Shown here: positions 11,709-25,724 of the stretch, piece by piece
Layout of the letters: the number at the start of each line of letters is the position of its first letter
Numbering within the stretch: the stretch's first letter is position 1
Assembly: GCA_951406725.2 (NCBI GenBank)
Contig: OX597837.1
Coordinates: 7,130,001 to 7,194,000 of the forward strand
Length of the DNA stretch: 64,000 nucleotides
From: Octopus vulgaris
Lineage: Eukaryota
Direction of reading: 5' to 3'
The notes under the pieces: generated by a model
What the model saw: the letters and a program-made list of their open reading frames with translations, nothing else
Databases searched by the model: none
Told to the model about the DNA's origin: nothing
Translations under genes and position numbers: made by a program

Positions 11709-12077
11709 GGCGTAGCAATGGCTGTGTGGTAAGTAACTTACTTACCAACCACATGGTTCCGGGTTCAGTCCCACTGTGTGGCACCTTGGGCAAGTGTCTT
11801 CTACTATAGTGAGTGGATTTGGTAGACGGAAACTGTATGTGTGTGTGTGCGCGCGTGTATACGTTTGTGTGTGTGTGTGTGTTTGTCCCCCCAACATCGC
11901 TAGACAACTGATGCTGGTGTGTTTACGTCCCCGTAACTTAGCGGTTCGGCAAAAGAGACCGTTAGAATAAGTATTAGGCTTACAAAGAATAAGTCCTGGG
12001 GTCGATTTGCTCGACTAAAGGCGGTGCTCCAGCATGGCCGCAGTCAAATGACTGAAACAAGTAAAAGAGTAAAAGAG
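11709..12077 (+). mobile_element. Family A CORE-type SINE, near full length
   Basis: Matches family A consensus, with internal (TG)n and an agtaaaag tail repeat. Confidence 0.85.
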
Positions 12078-12524
12078 TTGATTAAATATACCCCAAGTAT
12101 AAAACTGGTACTGCATTTAATAATAAGCAGATTAGATAATCAAATAGTTAAATATAGTAACCGTTCCACTTGATACTGTGTGGTACATTTCTATTACCAA
12201 AATGGATGGGTGTGAAGATGACGTTTATTGTGGTGGGGGTGATGATTTAGCTGTGTGATTTTGGTCGTGCTTGTGGCCGTCTTCACTAAGTTTCAATATT
12301 TTTAACACCTTACAATTATTTCTACCAGGTGAATATAGCAGCAGAGAATCTCAGCATTGGCTCATCAATTTCTTTTTTTTTTTTTTTTTTCGAAAAGAAA
12401 ATTAAAAGGTGTTTCACTGCTTGCGTTCTTTGCCTTGATTCTAACCAGTTTCAAAGACATTTTTCAGAAGCACCGAGTCATCATTTCTGTATTTTCCTTT
12501 TCATTCCTGTTTTCCCTCTTGAGC

Positions 12525-12709
12525 AATAATAATGCAATAATAATAATAATAATGATAATAATAATAATGGTAATGATAATAATAGTAATGATAATCATGA
12601 CAATGATAATAATACTATAGTATTAGTAGTAGTAATAAAATAGTAATAGTAATAACATTGATAGACAGCAACAGCAATAGTAATAATAATAATAGTAATA
12701 ATAATAACA

Positions 12710-12764
<55 letters not shown>

Positions 12765-12785
12765 GTAATAATAATAATGAAATGA
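12525..12785. repeat. (AAT)n microsatellite
   Basis: Direct inspection. Confidence 0.9.
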
Positions 12786-14469
12786 TTGACAATAAAAATT
12801 AAAAGAATAAATTTATTAGAACGTGTAAAAAATATTAAGACTGATAAGAGATGAGTTTTAATATTTTCCACACGTTCTTACCATTTTCTCGTTTTTTCTT
12901 CTTTTTTTAGTTTCTCCGTCAATCTTTAATTCTTTTTAATATTTTTTTATTATTTGCATTTTTAATTTGCTTTGTTTTACCTTTTTTATGATAATTTATT
13001 GATTGCTTTATAGCCTAAACATCTTTTTTTATACTAGTATTTTTTTGGTTGCTATTAATTTTTGTTTTTCATTTGGTTCTTTTTTTTTTTCTTTGGATTT
13101 TTTTTCCAAGACATTTTCATCTTAGAATTGGGGATTTTAATGCCACACAAGACTACAGCAAATTAGTTCTGTACTAAAATATTCAAAACCAAACATTAGA
13201 TTCTCGTGATTAATTCAAATTTTATTTTTTTTAATTACTATTAATTTCTAATAGTTTTAAAGCAATTCCTCACCGATTGCTGTTGTTGATGATGATTTAG
13301 CTTCAGGTCAACCCTGACTGAACAGAAAATTCAAAAACTTCCAATCATGACCATCCTGTCTTTAGGTAAAAACCTGACACCACATTGTTCAACGTGTTCA
13401 GTTTTTTTAAGACTGCAATTTGTTGGATTTAAAGGAGATTTAGTTGCTGTTTCTATCAGATCAAATGATCAAGACGAGGCTCACATCATTTGACGATTTG
13501 TCAGTCTCTTTTATCTGAGGATGCTTTTCTCGTTAATGTTTTTTTTTTTTTGCGTTTCTGAAATAATTGCTTTGACGGCCATTTTAAGGATTATATTTTG
13601 GCAGGAAGGTAATTCAAAGTTTTGTATGTAGAACACGTATTCAATCAGATAAACCTAAATAGTTTGTTGCGATATGGAATCCCTTTTGCTTTCCTTGTTT
13701 TTGTCTTTTTAAGGGGAAAAAAAGCCAGCATAAAACACAGGATCTTAAAAATAGATGATTGATATGTGTGTGTTTTGTATATGTGAGAGAGGGAGACCGT
13801 GAAAGAGTCTGTGAGAGAAAAAGTGTGTGTGTGTGTGTGTGTGTAGAAGCATGTGTGTGAATGTATGTGTTTTGTGTGCTTTGTATGTGTATTCATTGTC
13901 CTGCATGTGTGTGTGTGTGTGTGTATGAGAGAGAGAGAAGGTCCTGTGTATAAAATCTAAACCCAGGAGGAAGACATGGTACAAAGTGGTGAAAAGAGAC
14001 TTTCGGATGTCTCACTTAGGTAACAAAGGACCAAGATCGTTGGTGGTTCGCAGTACTTGCGAAGACCCTAAAATAAAATTGAGACCCTAAAGACAGGTCG
14101 TTTATGCCTTTACCCCTCTCTCCTCCACAACTTGTCTTCCTTACACCTCTCTCTACTGCTACCACCACTCACTGTATTCTCCTTCCCTCCACATCTCGTT
14201 CTCCTTTGGCACTCTCACCAACTTACCTTCTCACTCACCCTATACAATCCTCTGTATCACTTCCCTTATCTACTCTTCTCTGTAACTTGAGGGTGAGCCT
14301 CCACTCATCTTTACCATCTTCTTAATCTCCTCTCTCCTTTTACAAGTGGGGTAGCCATGTATCTCCCCTACCGAAAGATACTCGTTTCTGTCCCCTATTA
14401 ACTCCAGTCTTTCATCACCCGGCACAAAACCATCTCCTTTAATACTACTCTCAGTTTCAATTGCTGCTT

Positions 14470-14667
14470 ACTTGGTAACCTTACCGATGCTGGTGCCACG
14501 TAAAAGGCACCCGCATACTCTAAAGTGGTTGGTGTTGGGAAGGGCATCCAGCCATAGGAACCATGCCGAAACAGGCAAACCTTCCCGAAGTTCGCTGGCC
14601 TGCTTACTCCTGCCAAACCGCCCGACCCTTGCCATCTTGAAAACCAGGCGTTAAACGATGATGATGA
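14470..14667 (+). mobile_element. SINE/LINE 3' fragment with (GAT)n tail, probably RTE-related
   Basis: ggtgccacgtaaaaggcacc...ggaagggcatccagcc...gcgttaaacgatgatgatga. Confidence 0.5.
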
Positions 14668-14729
14668 ACATATTACACACACAAACACACACACATATTT
14701 TAATTGTGTGGTGATATATACCGTGTGTA

Positions 14730-15250
14730 CATATGAAATGTTTGCGATCATGTATATCCTGCCTTTTTATGAAATGTGTACGATCATGTATATCCTGCCT
14801 TTTTATGAAATGCGTGCGATCATAAATATCCTGCTTTTTTATGAAATGTGTGCGATCATATATATCCTGCCTTTTTATGAAATGTATGCGATCCTGTCTT
14901 CCTGTGAAATGTGTTCGATCCTGTGTATCCTGCCTTTTTATGAAATGTGTGCGATCCTGTATATCCTGTCTTTTTATGAAATGTGTGCGATTCTGTATAT
15001 CCTACCTATTTATGGAATGTGTGCGATCCTGTATATCCTGCCTTTTTATGAAATGTATTCGATTCTGTATATCCTGCCTTTTCAAGAAATGTGTACGATC
15101 CTGTCTTCCTGTGAAATATGTGCGATCATGTATATCTTGTCTTCCTATGAAATGTATGCGACCGTATATCTCCTGTCTTTCTACGAAATGTGTTTTATCT
15201 TGTATCTCCTGTCTTCCAATGAAATGTATGCGATCATGTATATCTTGTCA
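14730..15250 (+). repeat. 36-bp minisatellite with 27-bp variants
   Basis: Unit tatgaaatgtgtgcgatcctgtatatcctgcctttt, ~15 copies; explains ORFs 14708 and 14841. Confidence 0.9.
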
Positions 15251-15257
15251 CTTGTAA

Positions 15258-15665
15258 AGGCGGCGAGCTGGCAGAAACGTTAGCACGCCGGGCGAAGTAC
15301 TTCGCGGTATTTCGCCCGTTGCTACGTTCTGAGTTCAAATTCCACCGAGGTCGACTTCACATTTCATCCTTTCGGGGTCGATAAATTAAGTACCAGTTGC
15401 GTACTGGGGTCGATCAAATCTACTGCTGCCCTCCCCCCAAATTTCAGGCCTTGTACCTTGAGTACAAAGAAAAGAAACGCAAGAGTACCGGAAAAATTAT
15501 GCCTTGCGCTATTTCTTCTGACTCTCTACGTTCCGAGTTCAAATTCTGCCAGGGCCAACTTTGACTTTCTTCCACATCCCTGGTTCTGATGAATCCAAAC
15601 GCCAGTCGATTAACCCCACATTCCCTCAAAATTCCAATCCTTTTTTGCCAAATTAAAAACCATTA
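15258..15665 (+). mobile_element. Two family B SINE copies (ATT-tail type), second degenerate
   Basis: aggcggcgagctggcagaaacgttagcacgccggg...tttcatcctttcggggtcgataaattaagtacc...aaatttcaggccttgt. Confidence 0.8.
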
Positions 15666-15754
15666 TTCTCTCTGCTGATTTAGCAATTCTTTAATTTGAT
15701 CAGTTAAGAAGAAAATTGGTCTTTTTGTGATTCTTTAAGGTACCAAATAAACTA

Positions 15755-16112
15755 TGGTCTTTAACGTGCCATAAGTATGAGTCTTTAACGCACCACGGGT
15801 GCGGGTCTTTAACGCGTCACGGGTGCGTGTGGCTTCAACGCTCCACACGTACGTCTATCTTTAAAGCTCCACGGGTGAGTGTATCTTTAACGCGTCACAG
15901 GTGCGTGTGTCCTTAACACGCCACAGGTGCGTGTGTCCTTAACACGCCACAGGTGCGTGTGTCCTTAACGCGCCACAGGTGCGTGTGTCCTTAACGCGCC
16001 ACAGGTGCATGTGTCTTTAACGCGTCACGGGTGCGCGTGTCTTTAAAGCGCTACGGGTGCGCGTGTCTTTAACGGATAACGGTTGCGAGCGTCTTTAACG
16101 CGCCACGGGTGC
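15755..16112 (+). repeat. ~26-bp GC-rich minisatellite
   Basis: Unit gtgtccttaacgcgccacaggtgcgt, ~13 copies, most homogeneous in the centre. Confidence 0.9.
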
Positions 16113-16689
16113 TTACGAATATACCATACTATAAACTATAGAATGTTTAAGGTACCACAGATGAGTCTTTAAAGTACCGTAGATAGGCTCAGTTCATTCA
16201 GCTTCTAAATATCCGAACGGATCTCATCTGTGTGTGTGCTTACAACAGTATTTGAAATATCTAATTTTAATTCTTAGTTACGCCGTGCTGTGTTTCCCAA
16301 TTCCGACGCTTGCTGTTATTATATTAATATATTTTTGATCTTACAAATATATTCTTCTTTGTTAACAATAACAAACATATTTGCTCCTAATGGTGTTTCA
16401 TATTACAATTTTATCGTTGTTTTTCAAATCATGCAGAGCTAGTTTTTTACACGTTCTTGTTAAATACGTATTTCCTGTCTTGTTTACATGATGGTTTTTT
16501 TTTTCTTTTATTGTTACCTTCACACCTGAAGAAGTCTTGCAGGTTTCGAAAACGTTAATAGACTTCGAAATATTATTGTTCCGAACTGAAGATAAAAGAA
16601 AAAGACGTTTAGAAAAATTTCAATAAAAATAATTAAATTTCAAAACAGTTGTGTCTATGATACATGTTTTAAAAAGAAGAGCTACCTCT

Positions 16690-16757
16690 GCGTGTGTGTG
16701 TGTGTGTGTACATAAAAGCGTATACTCGCAAACGCGTGCGCGAGACACAGTGCGTCA

Positions 16758-16789
<32 letters not shown>

Positions 16790-16832
16790 ATGTGTGTCTA
16801 TATATATGTGCGTATGTCTGTGTGTGTGTATG

Positions 16833-16880
<48 letters not shown>

Positions 16881-16996
16881 AATATATATATATATATGTG
16901 TGTGTGTGTATATATGTGTGTGTGTGTGAATATATATATATATGTGTGTGTGTGTATATATATATATGTGTGTGTGTATATATATATATGTGTGTG

Positions 16997-17027
<31 letters not shown>

Positions 17028-17064
17028 ATATATATGTGTGTGTGTGTATATATATATGTGTGTG

Positions 17065-17097
<33 letters not shown>

Positions 17098-18010
17098 ATA
17101 TATATATATATATATGTGTGTGTGTATATATATATATACATGTTTATATGTGTGTGTATATATATATACATGTTTATGTGTGTGTGTATATATATATATA
17201 CATGTTTATGTGTGTGTGTATATATATATATACATGTTTATGTGTGTGTGTATATATATATATACATGTTTATGTGTGTGTGTATATATATATATACATG
17301 TTTATGTGTGTATATATATATATATACATGTTTATGTGTGTGTGTATATATATATATATACATGTTTATGTGTGTGTGTATATATATATATACATGTTTA
17401 TATGTGTGTATATATATATATATATACATGTTTATATGTGTGTGTATATATATATACATGTTTATATGTGTGTGTATATATATATACATGTTTATATGTG
17501 TGTGTATATATATATACATGTTTATATGTGTGTGTATATATATATATACATGTTTATATGTGTGTGTGTATATATATATACATGTTTATATGTGTATGTA
17601 TATATACATATATGTGTATATGTGTGTGTATATACATATATGTGTATATGTGTGTGTATATACATATATGTGTATATGTGTGTGTATATACATATATGTG
17701 TATATGTGTGTGTATATACATATATGCGTATATGTGTGTATATATACATATATGTGTATATGTGTGTGTGTATATACATGTTTATATCTGTATGTATATA
17801 TAGATATGTGTGTGTATATATGTATGTATGTGTGTGTATATATACTTGAGTGTATGTGTGTGCGTATGTGCGTCTATATGCATGTGTGTACATGTGTGTG
17901 TCTATATACATATGTGTGTGTTTGTATAGATATGTGTGTATGTGTGCATATTTACATAATTGTGTGTTTGTGTGTGTGTATATATATGTGTGTGTGTGAG
18001 AGAGTGAGAG
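16690..18010. repeat. Compound (TA)n/(TG)n microsatellite with an acatgttt higher-order unit
   Basis: Direct inspection. Confidence 0.9.
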
Positions 18011-18320
18011 AATGAAAGGGAGATGTTTATAGAATACATAAATCTACATACTTAAAGTCTTATATTAAAACATATATACATTTCTATTTTCACACACACA
18101 CACACACACACTCAGACTTGTAGTGAATAAACATAATAAGAAAATAAACAGATTGGGGCAGAGACTAAGCGTATAGAGAAAGAATGTAGAACGTATTTCT
18201 GCGCATGCGCACACACTAGAATAAAAGAATGTAAGTTAATCACAACACTTGTTCTATTATCATTTTAATTTTTATATTACTCTACATTTTTACCTTAGTT
18301 CCTCTCAATAACATTGTTTA

Positions 18321-18323
<3 letters not shown>

Positions 18324-18376
<53 letters not shown>

Positions 18377-18930
18377 GTGTTACATTTGTAAGTATACGTA
18401 TATATTATAGGTAAATGCGTATATTGGTCCATGATATATGTGTGTGTCTGCGACATTAGTAAGTATGGTGTGTGTGTGTGTATGGTGTGTGTGTATTGTG
18501 TGTGTATTTTGTGTGTGTGTGTGTATTGTGTGTGTGTGTATTATGTGTGTGTGTATTGTGTGTATTGTGTGTGTGTGTAGTGTGTGTGCGTGTAGTGTGT
18601 GTGCGTGTAGTCTGTGTGCGTGTAGTGTGTGTATGTATTTTTTGTGTGTAGTGTGTGTGTGTGTGCGTGTAGTGTGTAGTGTGTGTGTGTATTTTTTGTG
18701 TGTAGTGTGTGTGTATTTATTGTGTGCGTGTATGTATTGTGTGTGTGTATTGTCTGTGTGTGTATTGTGTCTGTGTCTGTATTTGTATACCACATGTGTG
18801 TATGTGTGTGTGTATTGTCTGTGTGTGTATTGTGTCTGTGTCTGTATTTGTATACCACATGTGTGTATGTGTGTGTGTATTGTGTCTGTACTATAAGTAT
18901 ATGTGTATATATATGTGTGTGTGTGTGTTA
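18324..18930. repeat. Degenerate (TG)n microsatellite
   Basis: Direct inspection. Confidence 0.9.
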
Positions 18931-19099
18931 ACCTTTGTGTCAGGTGTGTAATTTTATTCTGTTTATGAAAATTCAAATCAAAAGAAAATAATCTTAAATA
19001 TAAAGATTCTTGTTAAATAAAAACAATTGTTTTTATTTCCAGTGAGATAAATAAACACTGCAACGAAAAAACGATGACGACTGAAATTGATAGTGTTAG

Positions 19100-20012
19100 G
19101 GTAAGTTGATCGAAGCGACCCCTGTGCACAACGGGTACTTATTTTACCGAGTCCGGAAGGACGAAAGGTTAAGGTCTAAAATGACAGAATTTGTGCTCAG
19201 AACACAAAGACAGAAGAAATACCGCTAAGCATTATGTCGTCCGTTGTTAACGATTCTGCCAGTTTACCGCCTTAATAATAACAATGATAATCCTTTCGAC
19301 CATAGGCACATGACCTGAAATTTGTGGGGAGGGGGTCTAGTCGATTAGATTGATCCCAGCACGTAACTTGTATTTGATTTATCGACCCTAAATGGATGAA
19401 AAGCCCAGTTGAGCTCGGTAGAGTGGAATTTCAACCAAGAGTCTAATGGCGGACAAAATGCCGCTGAGCATTTTAACCGGCGCACTAACGATTCTGCCAA
19501 TTCGTAACTCTAATAAAAATATAAATAATAATTTTTAGTTTTTAGCCCAAGATCAGCAATTGTGAGGAGAGGTGGCCAATTGATTGCATCGACCACCGGC
19601 GTTCCACTGGTACTGAGAGGCTGGGACTATAGGAATTCAGACTTGCATTGTCGACCTGCTTAAAAGGCCTGAAATTTGTGGGAAGGGGCAAGTCAATCAC
19701 ACTGACACCCCAGTATGCAACTGGTACTTAATTTTTCAATCCCGAAAGGAATTTGAATTCAGAACGTAGCGGCAGACGAAATACCTATTTCTTTACTACC
19801 CACAAGGGGCTAAACACAGAGAGAACAAACAAGGACAGAAAAACGGATTAAGTCGATTACATCGATTCCAGTGCGTAACTGGTACTTAATTTATCGACTC
19901 CGAAAGGATGAAAGGCAAAGTCGACCTCGGCGAAATTTGAACTCAGAACGTAGCGGCAGACGAAATGCCGCTAAGCATTTCTCCCGGTGTGCTAACGATT
20001 CCGCTCATCATC

Positions 20013-20044
<32 letters not shown>

Positions 20045-20232
20045 CTTTCCTACTATGAGCACAAGGCCTGAAATTTACGGTGAGGTGGCTATTCGATTGC
20101 ATCGACCCCAGTATTTCACACTTATGAAAGCCAAAGTCAACCTTGGCGGAATTTGAACTCAGAATGTAACGGCAGACGAAATACTGCTAAGCATTTAGCT
20201 CGACGTGCTAACGATTCGGCCAGCTCACCGCC

Positions 20233-20264
<32 letters not shown>

Positions 20265-20652
20265 CCTTTCTACTATAGGCACAAGGCCTGAAATTTTGGG
20301 GGAGATGGCCAGTCGATTATATCGGCCCCAGTACGCAACTGGTATTTAATTTATCGACCCCGAAAGGATGAAAAGTAAAGATGACCTTCGCAGAATTTGA
20401 ACTCGGAATGTAACCGCAGACGAAATACCTATTTCTTTACTACCCACAAGGGGCTAAACACAGATAGGACAAACAAGGACAGACAAACGGATTACAGCGA
20501 CCCCAGTGCGTAACTAGTACTTAATTAATCGACTCCTAAAGGATGAAAGGTAAAGTTGACCTCGGCAGAATTTGAACTCAGAATGTAACGGCAGACGAAA
20601 TGTCGCTAAACATTTAGCTCGGCGTGCTAACGATTCGGCCAGTTCACTACCT
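19100..20652 (-). mobile_element. Head-to-tail cluster of ~8 family B SINE units, mostly separated by (AAT)n
   Basis: Repeated gaatttgaactcagaacgta..gacgaaat..ctaagcattt..gctaacgattc blocks; nesting junctions at 19785/6 and 20429/30. Confidence 0.85.
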
Positions 20653-21656
20653 TAATGGTGATGATGATGAAGCCTTGCAAATACAGTTTTTTTTTCATAA
20701 AATTTAAAAAATCCGAATTAAACAATCAAAACTCAACGCACCAATAACAACAAAAATAAATATTTAAGATATAGTGTGTATGTGTGTGTTTGTTTGTTTG
20801 TGTTTGTTTGTGTATGTGCGTACATATACTTCTCTATGAACATCAGTATGGCTATGTGTTCACTGGGAATTTCTATCATTGTCTTTCCTCTGAGATATTC
20901 CTGTCTTATTCTACAGTCGAATCAATAACCGAAACATTTCTAATCAAATTAAGAATTCTAAAGAAAAAAAAAAAACTATTTGTTTATGTTTACTTAATAC
21001 AATGTGTTTGTTTGCTATATTTGTTTGTTTGTTTGGATTTTTGTTTGTTTGGGTTTTTTTTCTGATCTATTGTGTGGTTTCAAAATATAAACAGAGAAAA
21101 AAATATACGCAAAAATAGTTCCTTTGTTCATGACATGAACTGTATAACAACGAAGATTGGTACGCAGCCACATAGTTCTGAGTTCGATTTCACTATAATT
21201 CACCTTGGATAAATGTTTTTAGCCATATCCTCAGATTGACCAATCAAATGCTGCGTTGTGCTTGCAAGGTGGTGTCATAAAATTCCGACTGTATTGTTTG
21301 TTGAAGCTGGTTAACAATGAAAGTTGTGCACACCGTTTGCAGAAACGGAGCATGTCCCAGTTGATTTCAAATGTGTTTGATGTACTGTTGTGTCTGGGGA
21401 GAGTCATTTTCTTTTTGTGCCTTATAATGTAACACACTCACCGGTAAAATTTCCACTTATTTTTATTTTCCTAAAATTTTCGTTGCGTCTTGCAGCCTTT
21501 TCAATGAGATTTTAAAATTTGCTTCCTATTTATGATGCAAATCAATGATGTAGCTCCAAGTTTACATTGTTATAGGTTTATTCCACACTTTTGTAATATT
21601 ATGCTTCTTATAAGATCTGTTACTATTGTGTTGAATGCGTAAGTCTAAATTATATA

Positions 21657-21892
21657 CAGCAATCCCTTGACTATCGCGGGTGTTACGTTCCCAAACATCC
21701 CACAGAAATAATTAAAATCTAAAAAAATATAAATACCTCTCGACCGCAGAAACTCGTGATATACTGAGGAGTCCACGATATAAATTTATATATAGTGGCC
21801 AGAAAAATCCGCGATGTACTCAGTGCGCAGTAAGTGAACCGCGATGTACTGAGTGTACGATAGATGAATCGCGATATGGCGAGGGGTTACTG
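21657..21892. mobile_element. Tigger/pogo-like MITE (Tc1/mariner superfamily)
   Basis: TIRs cagcaatcccttgactatcgcg / cgcgatatggcgaggggttactg, flanked by TA on both sides. Confidence 0.75.
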
Positions 21893-22017
21893 TATATAGT
21901 AAGGGGGTAGCAAAAAAAGGTCAAAATAATATTGATCAGGAAAAAAGCAAACAGACGACAGACAGACGTAATCATGTGCACGCCCTTCATCACCTGTCAA
22001 CAGAATATTATTGCAAT

Positions 22018-22607
22018 AAGGCGGCGAGCTGGCAGAAACGTTAGCACGCCGGGTGAAATGCTTAGCGGTATTTCGTCTGCCGTTACGTTGTGAGTTCAAA
22101 TTCCGCCAAGGTCGACTTTGCCTTTCATCCTCTCGGGGTCGATAAATTAAGGACCAATTACGCACTAGGGTCGTTGTAATCGACTTAATCCGTTTGTCTG
22201 TCCTTGTTTGTCCCCTCTGTGTTTAGCCCCTTGTGGGTAGTAAAGAAACAGGTATTTCGTCTGCCGCTACGTTCTGAGTTCAAATTCTCCGAGGTCAACT
22301 TTGCCTTTGATCCTCTCAGGATAGATTAAATAAGTATCAGTTATGCACTGGGGTCGATGTAATCGGCTTAATCCGTGTGTCTATCCTTGTTTGTCCTCTC
22401 TGCGTTTAGCCTCTTGTGGGTAGTAACGAAATAGGTATTTCGTCTGCCGTTACGTTCTAAGTTCAAATTCCGCCGAGGTCGACTCTGCCTTTCATCCTTT
22501 CGGGGTCGATAAATTAAGTAGCAGTTACACACTGGGGTCGACGTAATCGACTTAATCCCTTTGTTTGTCTCCTCTATGTTTAGCCCCTTGTGGGCAATAA
22601 AGAAATA
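22018..22607 (+). mobile_element. Family B SINE trimer (Tx1-tail type) with 16-bp TSD
   Basis: TSD agaatattattgcaat at 22002-22017 and 22608-22623; internal junctions at 22250/1 and 22433/4. Confidence 0.9.
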
Positions 22608-22813
22608 AGAATATTATTGCAATTTTGGCGATATACAACAGAATTGCTGAAATTCAGTGGTAACGATAGTATGTGCACATACATGTTTGTATGGTGGGAG
22701 TATTTTACATATTGTAAGGCGGTGAGCTAGGGGCTCTGCTTTGAAGGATTCAGCTGAATTAATCGACACCAGAACTTATTTCTACGGAAACTGCTATATT
22801 ACAGGTGGTGGCA

Positions 22814-22844
<31 letters not shown>

Positions 22845-22847
<3 letters not shown>

Positions 22848-23009
22848 CAGACTTCTTTCTGTTTCCTTCTGCCAGATCCACTCACAAGACTTTGGTCGGC
22901 CTGGAGCTATAGTAGAAAACACTCAGTCCCACTGTGCCACACGATGGGACTGAACCTGAAACCACGTGGTTGGGAAACCAACTTCTTATTCCATAGCTAC
23001 ATCTGCGCC
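22845..23009 (-). mobile_element. Family A SINE 5' half
   Basis: Reverse complement of the head and CORE segment. Confidence 0.7.
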
Positions 23010-23719
23010 TATACGTATTGGTGTGTATAGATTTGCAGCTATATATCCGCACACACGCACATACATACATACATACATACATACATACATACATACATAC
23101 ATACACACACGTGTCTTTGTATGTGTGTGTGAGTGTGTGTGTGTATGTTTGCATGTGTATACGTCCAGAGGAGGCTGTTTGTTTTAAGGCACTGTGTGTG
23201 TATGCGTGTGTATGGAGTGTGTGTGTGTGTGGTGTGTGTGTGTGTGTATGCGTGTGTGTGGAGTGTGTGTGTATGCATGTGTGTGTGGAGTGTGTGCGTG
23301 GTGTGTGGAGTGTGTGTGTGTGTATGCATGTGTGTGTGTGCATGCGTGTGTGCGTGCGTGTGTGTGCATACGTGTGTGTGCATACGTGTGTGTGCATACG
23401 TGTGTGTGTGTATGCGAGTGTGTGGAGTGTGTGTGTTGTGTGTGTGTGTGTGTTGTGTGTGTGTGTGTGTCCCTCTCTGGAGCTTGGTATGTTTAAATAC
23501 AGAAACGCATGTAGCAACGTATATTTAGTTGTAATTTTGAGGCCTTTAATGAGAGCCTAAGGCGGTCTGCCGAAACCTGCGATGTTAACAGGAAATATAC
23601 TACAACAGTAGCTACTACTGCAACAACAACAACAATACTATTTTTAGCAGTATTCATTCTACTTATTACTGATACTAGTAGAATATTTGTGTGTGTATGT
23701 GTGTGTGTAATATCAGTAA

Positions 23720-24338
23720 GGCTCTGAGCTGTGAAAATCGTTCGAGCGTCGAACAAAATGCTTAGTATTTTTTTCCTGCTCTTCACCCTCCGAGATCTAC
23801 TTTACTTTTCATCCTTTGAGGTCGATAAAATAAATCCAAATTAATCGGAATCGATGTAATCGAATTATCTTCCCTCGTCCCTCCCCCCACCTTCCCCGAC
23901 TCCTTCTAAAATTACTGGCCCTGTTTTGTCAAAAAGAGATTATTCTAAGGCAACGCTCTGGCAGAGTCGTAAGCGCGCCAGACAAAATGCTTTGCGGTAT
24001 TTCGTCTGCTGCTACGTTCTGAGTTCAAATTCCTCCTTTCTGGGTCGATAAATTAAGTACCTGTTACGCACTGGAGTCGATGTAATCGACATAATCCTTT
24101 TGACTGTCCGTGTTTGTCCTCTCTGTGTTTAACCCTTTGTGGGTAGTTAAGAAATAGGTATTTCGTTTGCTGCTACGTTCTGAGTTCAAATTCCTCTGAG
24201 GTCGACCTGGCCTTTCATTCTTTCAGGTGTCAATAAAATAAGAACTAGTTGTACACTAAGGTCGATGTAATCGTCTTAACCCCTCCTCTAAGATTGCTGC
24301 CCTTGTGGCAAAATTTGAAATAACATTATTATTATTTA
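23720..24338 (+). mobile_element. Family B SINE copies, including a nested dimer (23948-24335)
   Basis: Junction gaaata|ggtatttcgtttgc at 24156/7; the downstream unit ends in the ATT-type tail. Confidence 0.75.
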
Positions 24339-24469
24339 TTGAGACGGATGGATGTCTGTATTACACATATATGGACACTACTTAGTCTGCTTCTGAGCAA
24401 AACAAGTTCAACAATAAGAAGAGCGATAAGGAATAATAATAATTAATAATAATTCATTCATTAGAATTA

Positions 24470-24507
24470 TGTATGTGTATTCGCGTGTATATATGTATGC
24501 ATGTGCT

Positions 24508-24553
<46 letters not shown>

Positions 24554-24782
24554 TATGTGTGTATATATATATATATATATGCGTATGTGTGTATATATAT
24601 ATATATATATGCGTATGTGTGTATATATATATATGCGTATGTGTGTATATATATATATATATGCGTATGTGTGTATATATATATATATATATATGCGTAT
24701 GTGTGTATATATATATATGAGTATGTGTGTGTGTATATATATATATATATATGCGTATGTGTATATATATCTATATATATGC

Positions 24783-24839
<57 letters not shown>

Positions 24840-25591
24840 TATGTGTATATATATATATATATATATATGCGTATGTGTGTATATATATATATATATATGC
24901 GTGTGTGTATATATATATATATATATATGCGTATGTGTGTATATATATATATATATATGCGTATGTGTGTATATATATATATATATATGCGTATGTGTGT
25001 ATATATATATATATATGCGTATGTGTATATATATATGCGTATGTGTATATATATATGCGTATGTATATATATATATATATATACATATATGCGTATGTAT
25101 ATATATATGCATATGCGTATGTATATATATATGCATATGCGTATGTATATATATATGCATATGCGTATGTATATATATATGCGTATGCGTATGTATATAT
25201 ATATGCGTATGCGTATGTATATATATATGCGTATGTATATGTATATATATATGCGTATGTGTATATATATATATATATACATATATGCGTATGTATATAT
25301 ATATGCGTATGTATATATATATATATATATGCGTATGTATATATATATGCGTATGTATATGTATATATATATGCGTATGTGTATATATATATATATACAT
25401 ATATGCGTATGTATATATATATGCGTATATATATATATATATATGCGTATGTATATATATATGCGTATGTATATATATATATATATATATATATGCGTAT
25501 GTATATATATATGCGTATATATATATATATATATATATATATGCGTATGTATATATATATGCGTATGTATATATATATATATATATATGCG

Positions 25592-25622
<31 letters not shown>

Positions 25623-25691
25623 GCGTATGTGTATATATATATGCGTATGTGTATATATATATGCGTATGTGTGTGTATATATATATGCGTA

Positions 25692-25724
<33 letters not shown>

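Noticed and set aside
14708-15283. 191-aa Cys/Tyr-rich repeat protein
   Set aside because: Translation of a 36-bp minisatellite running into a SINE; no splice or domain evidence
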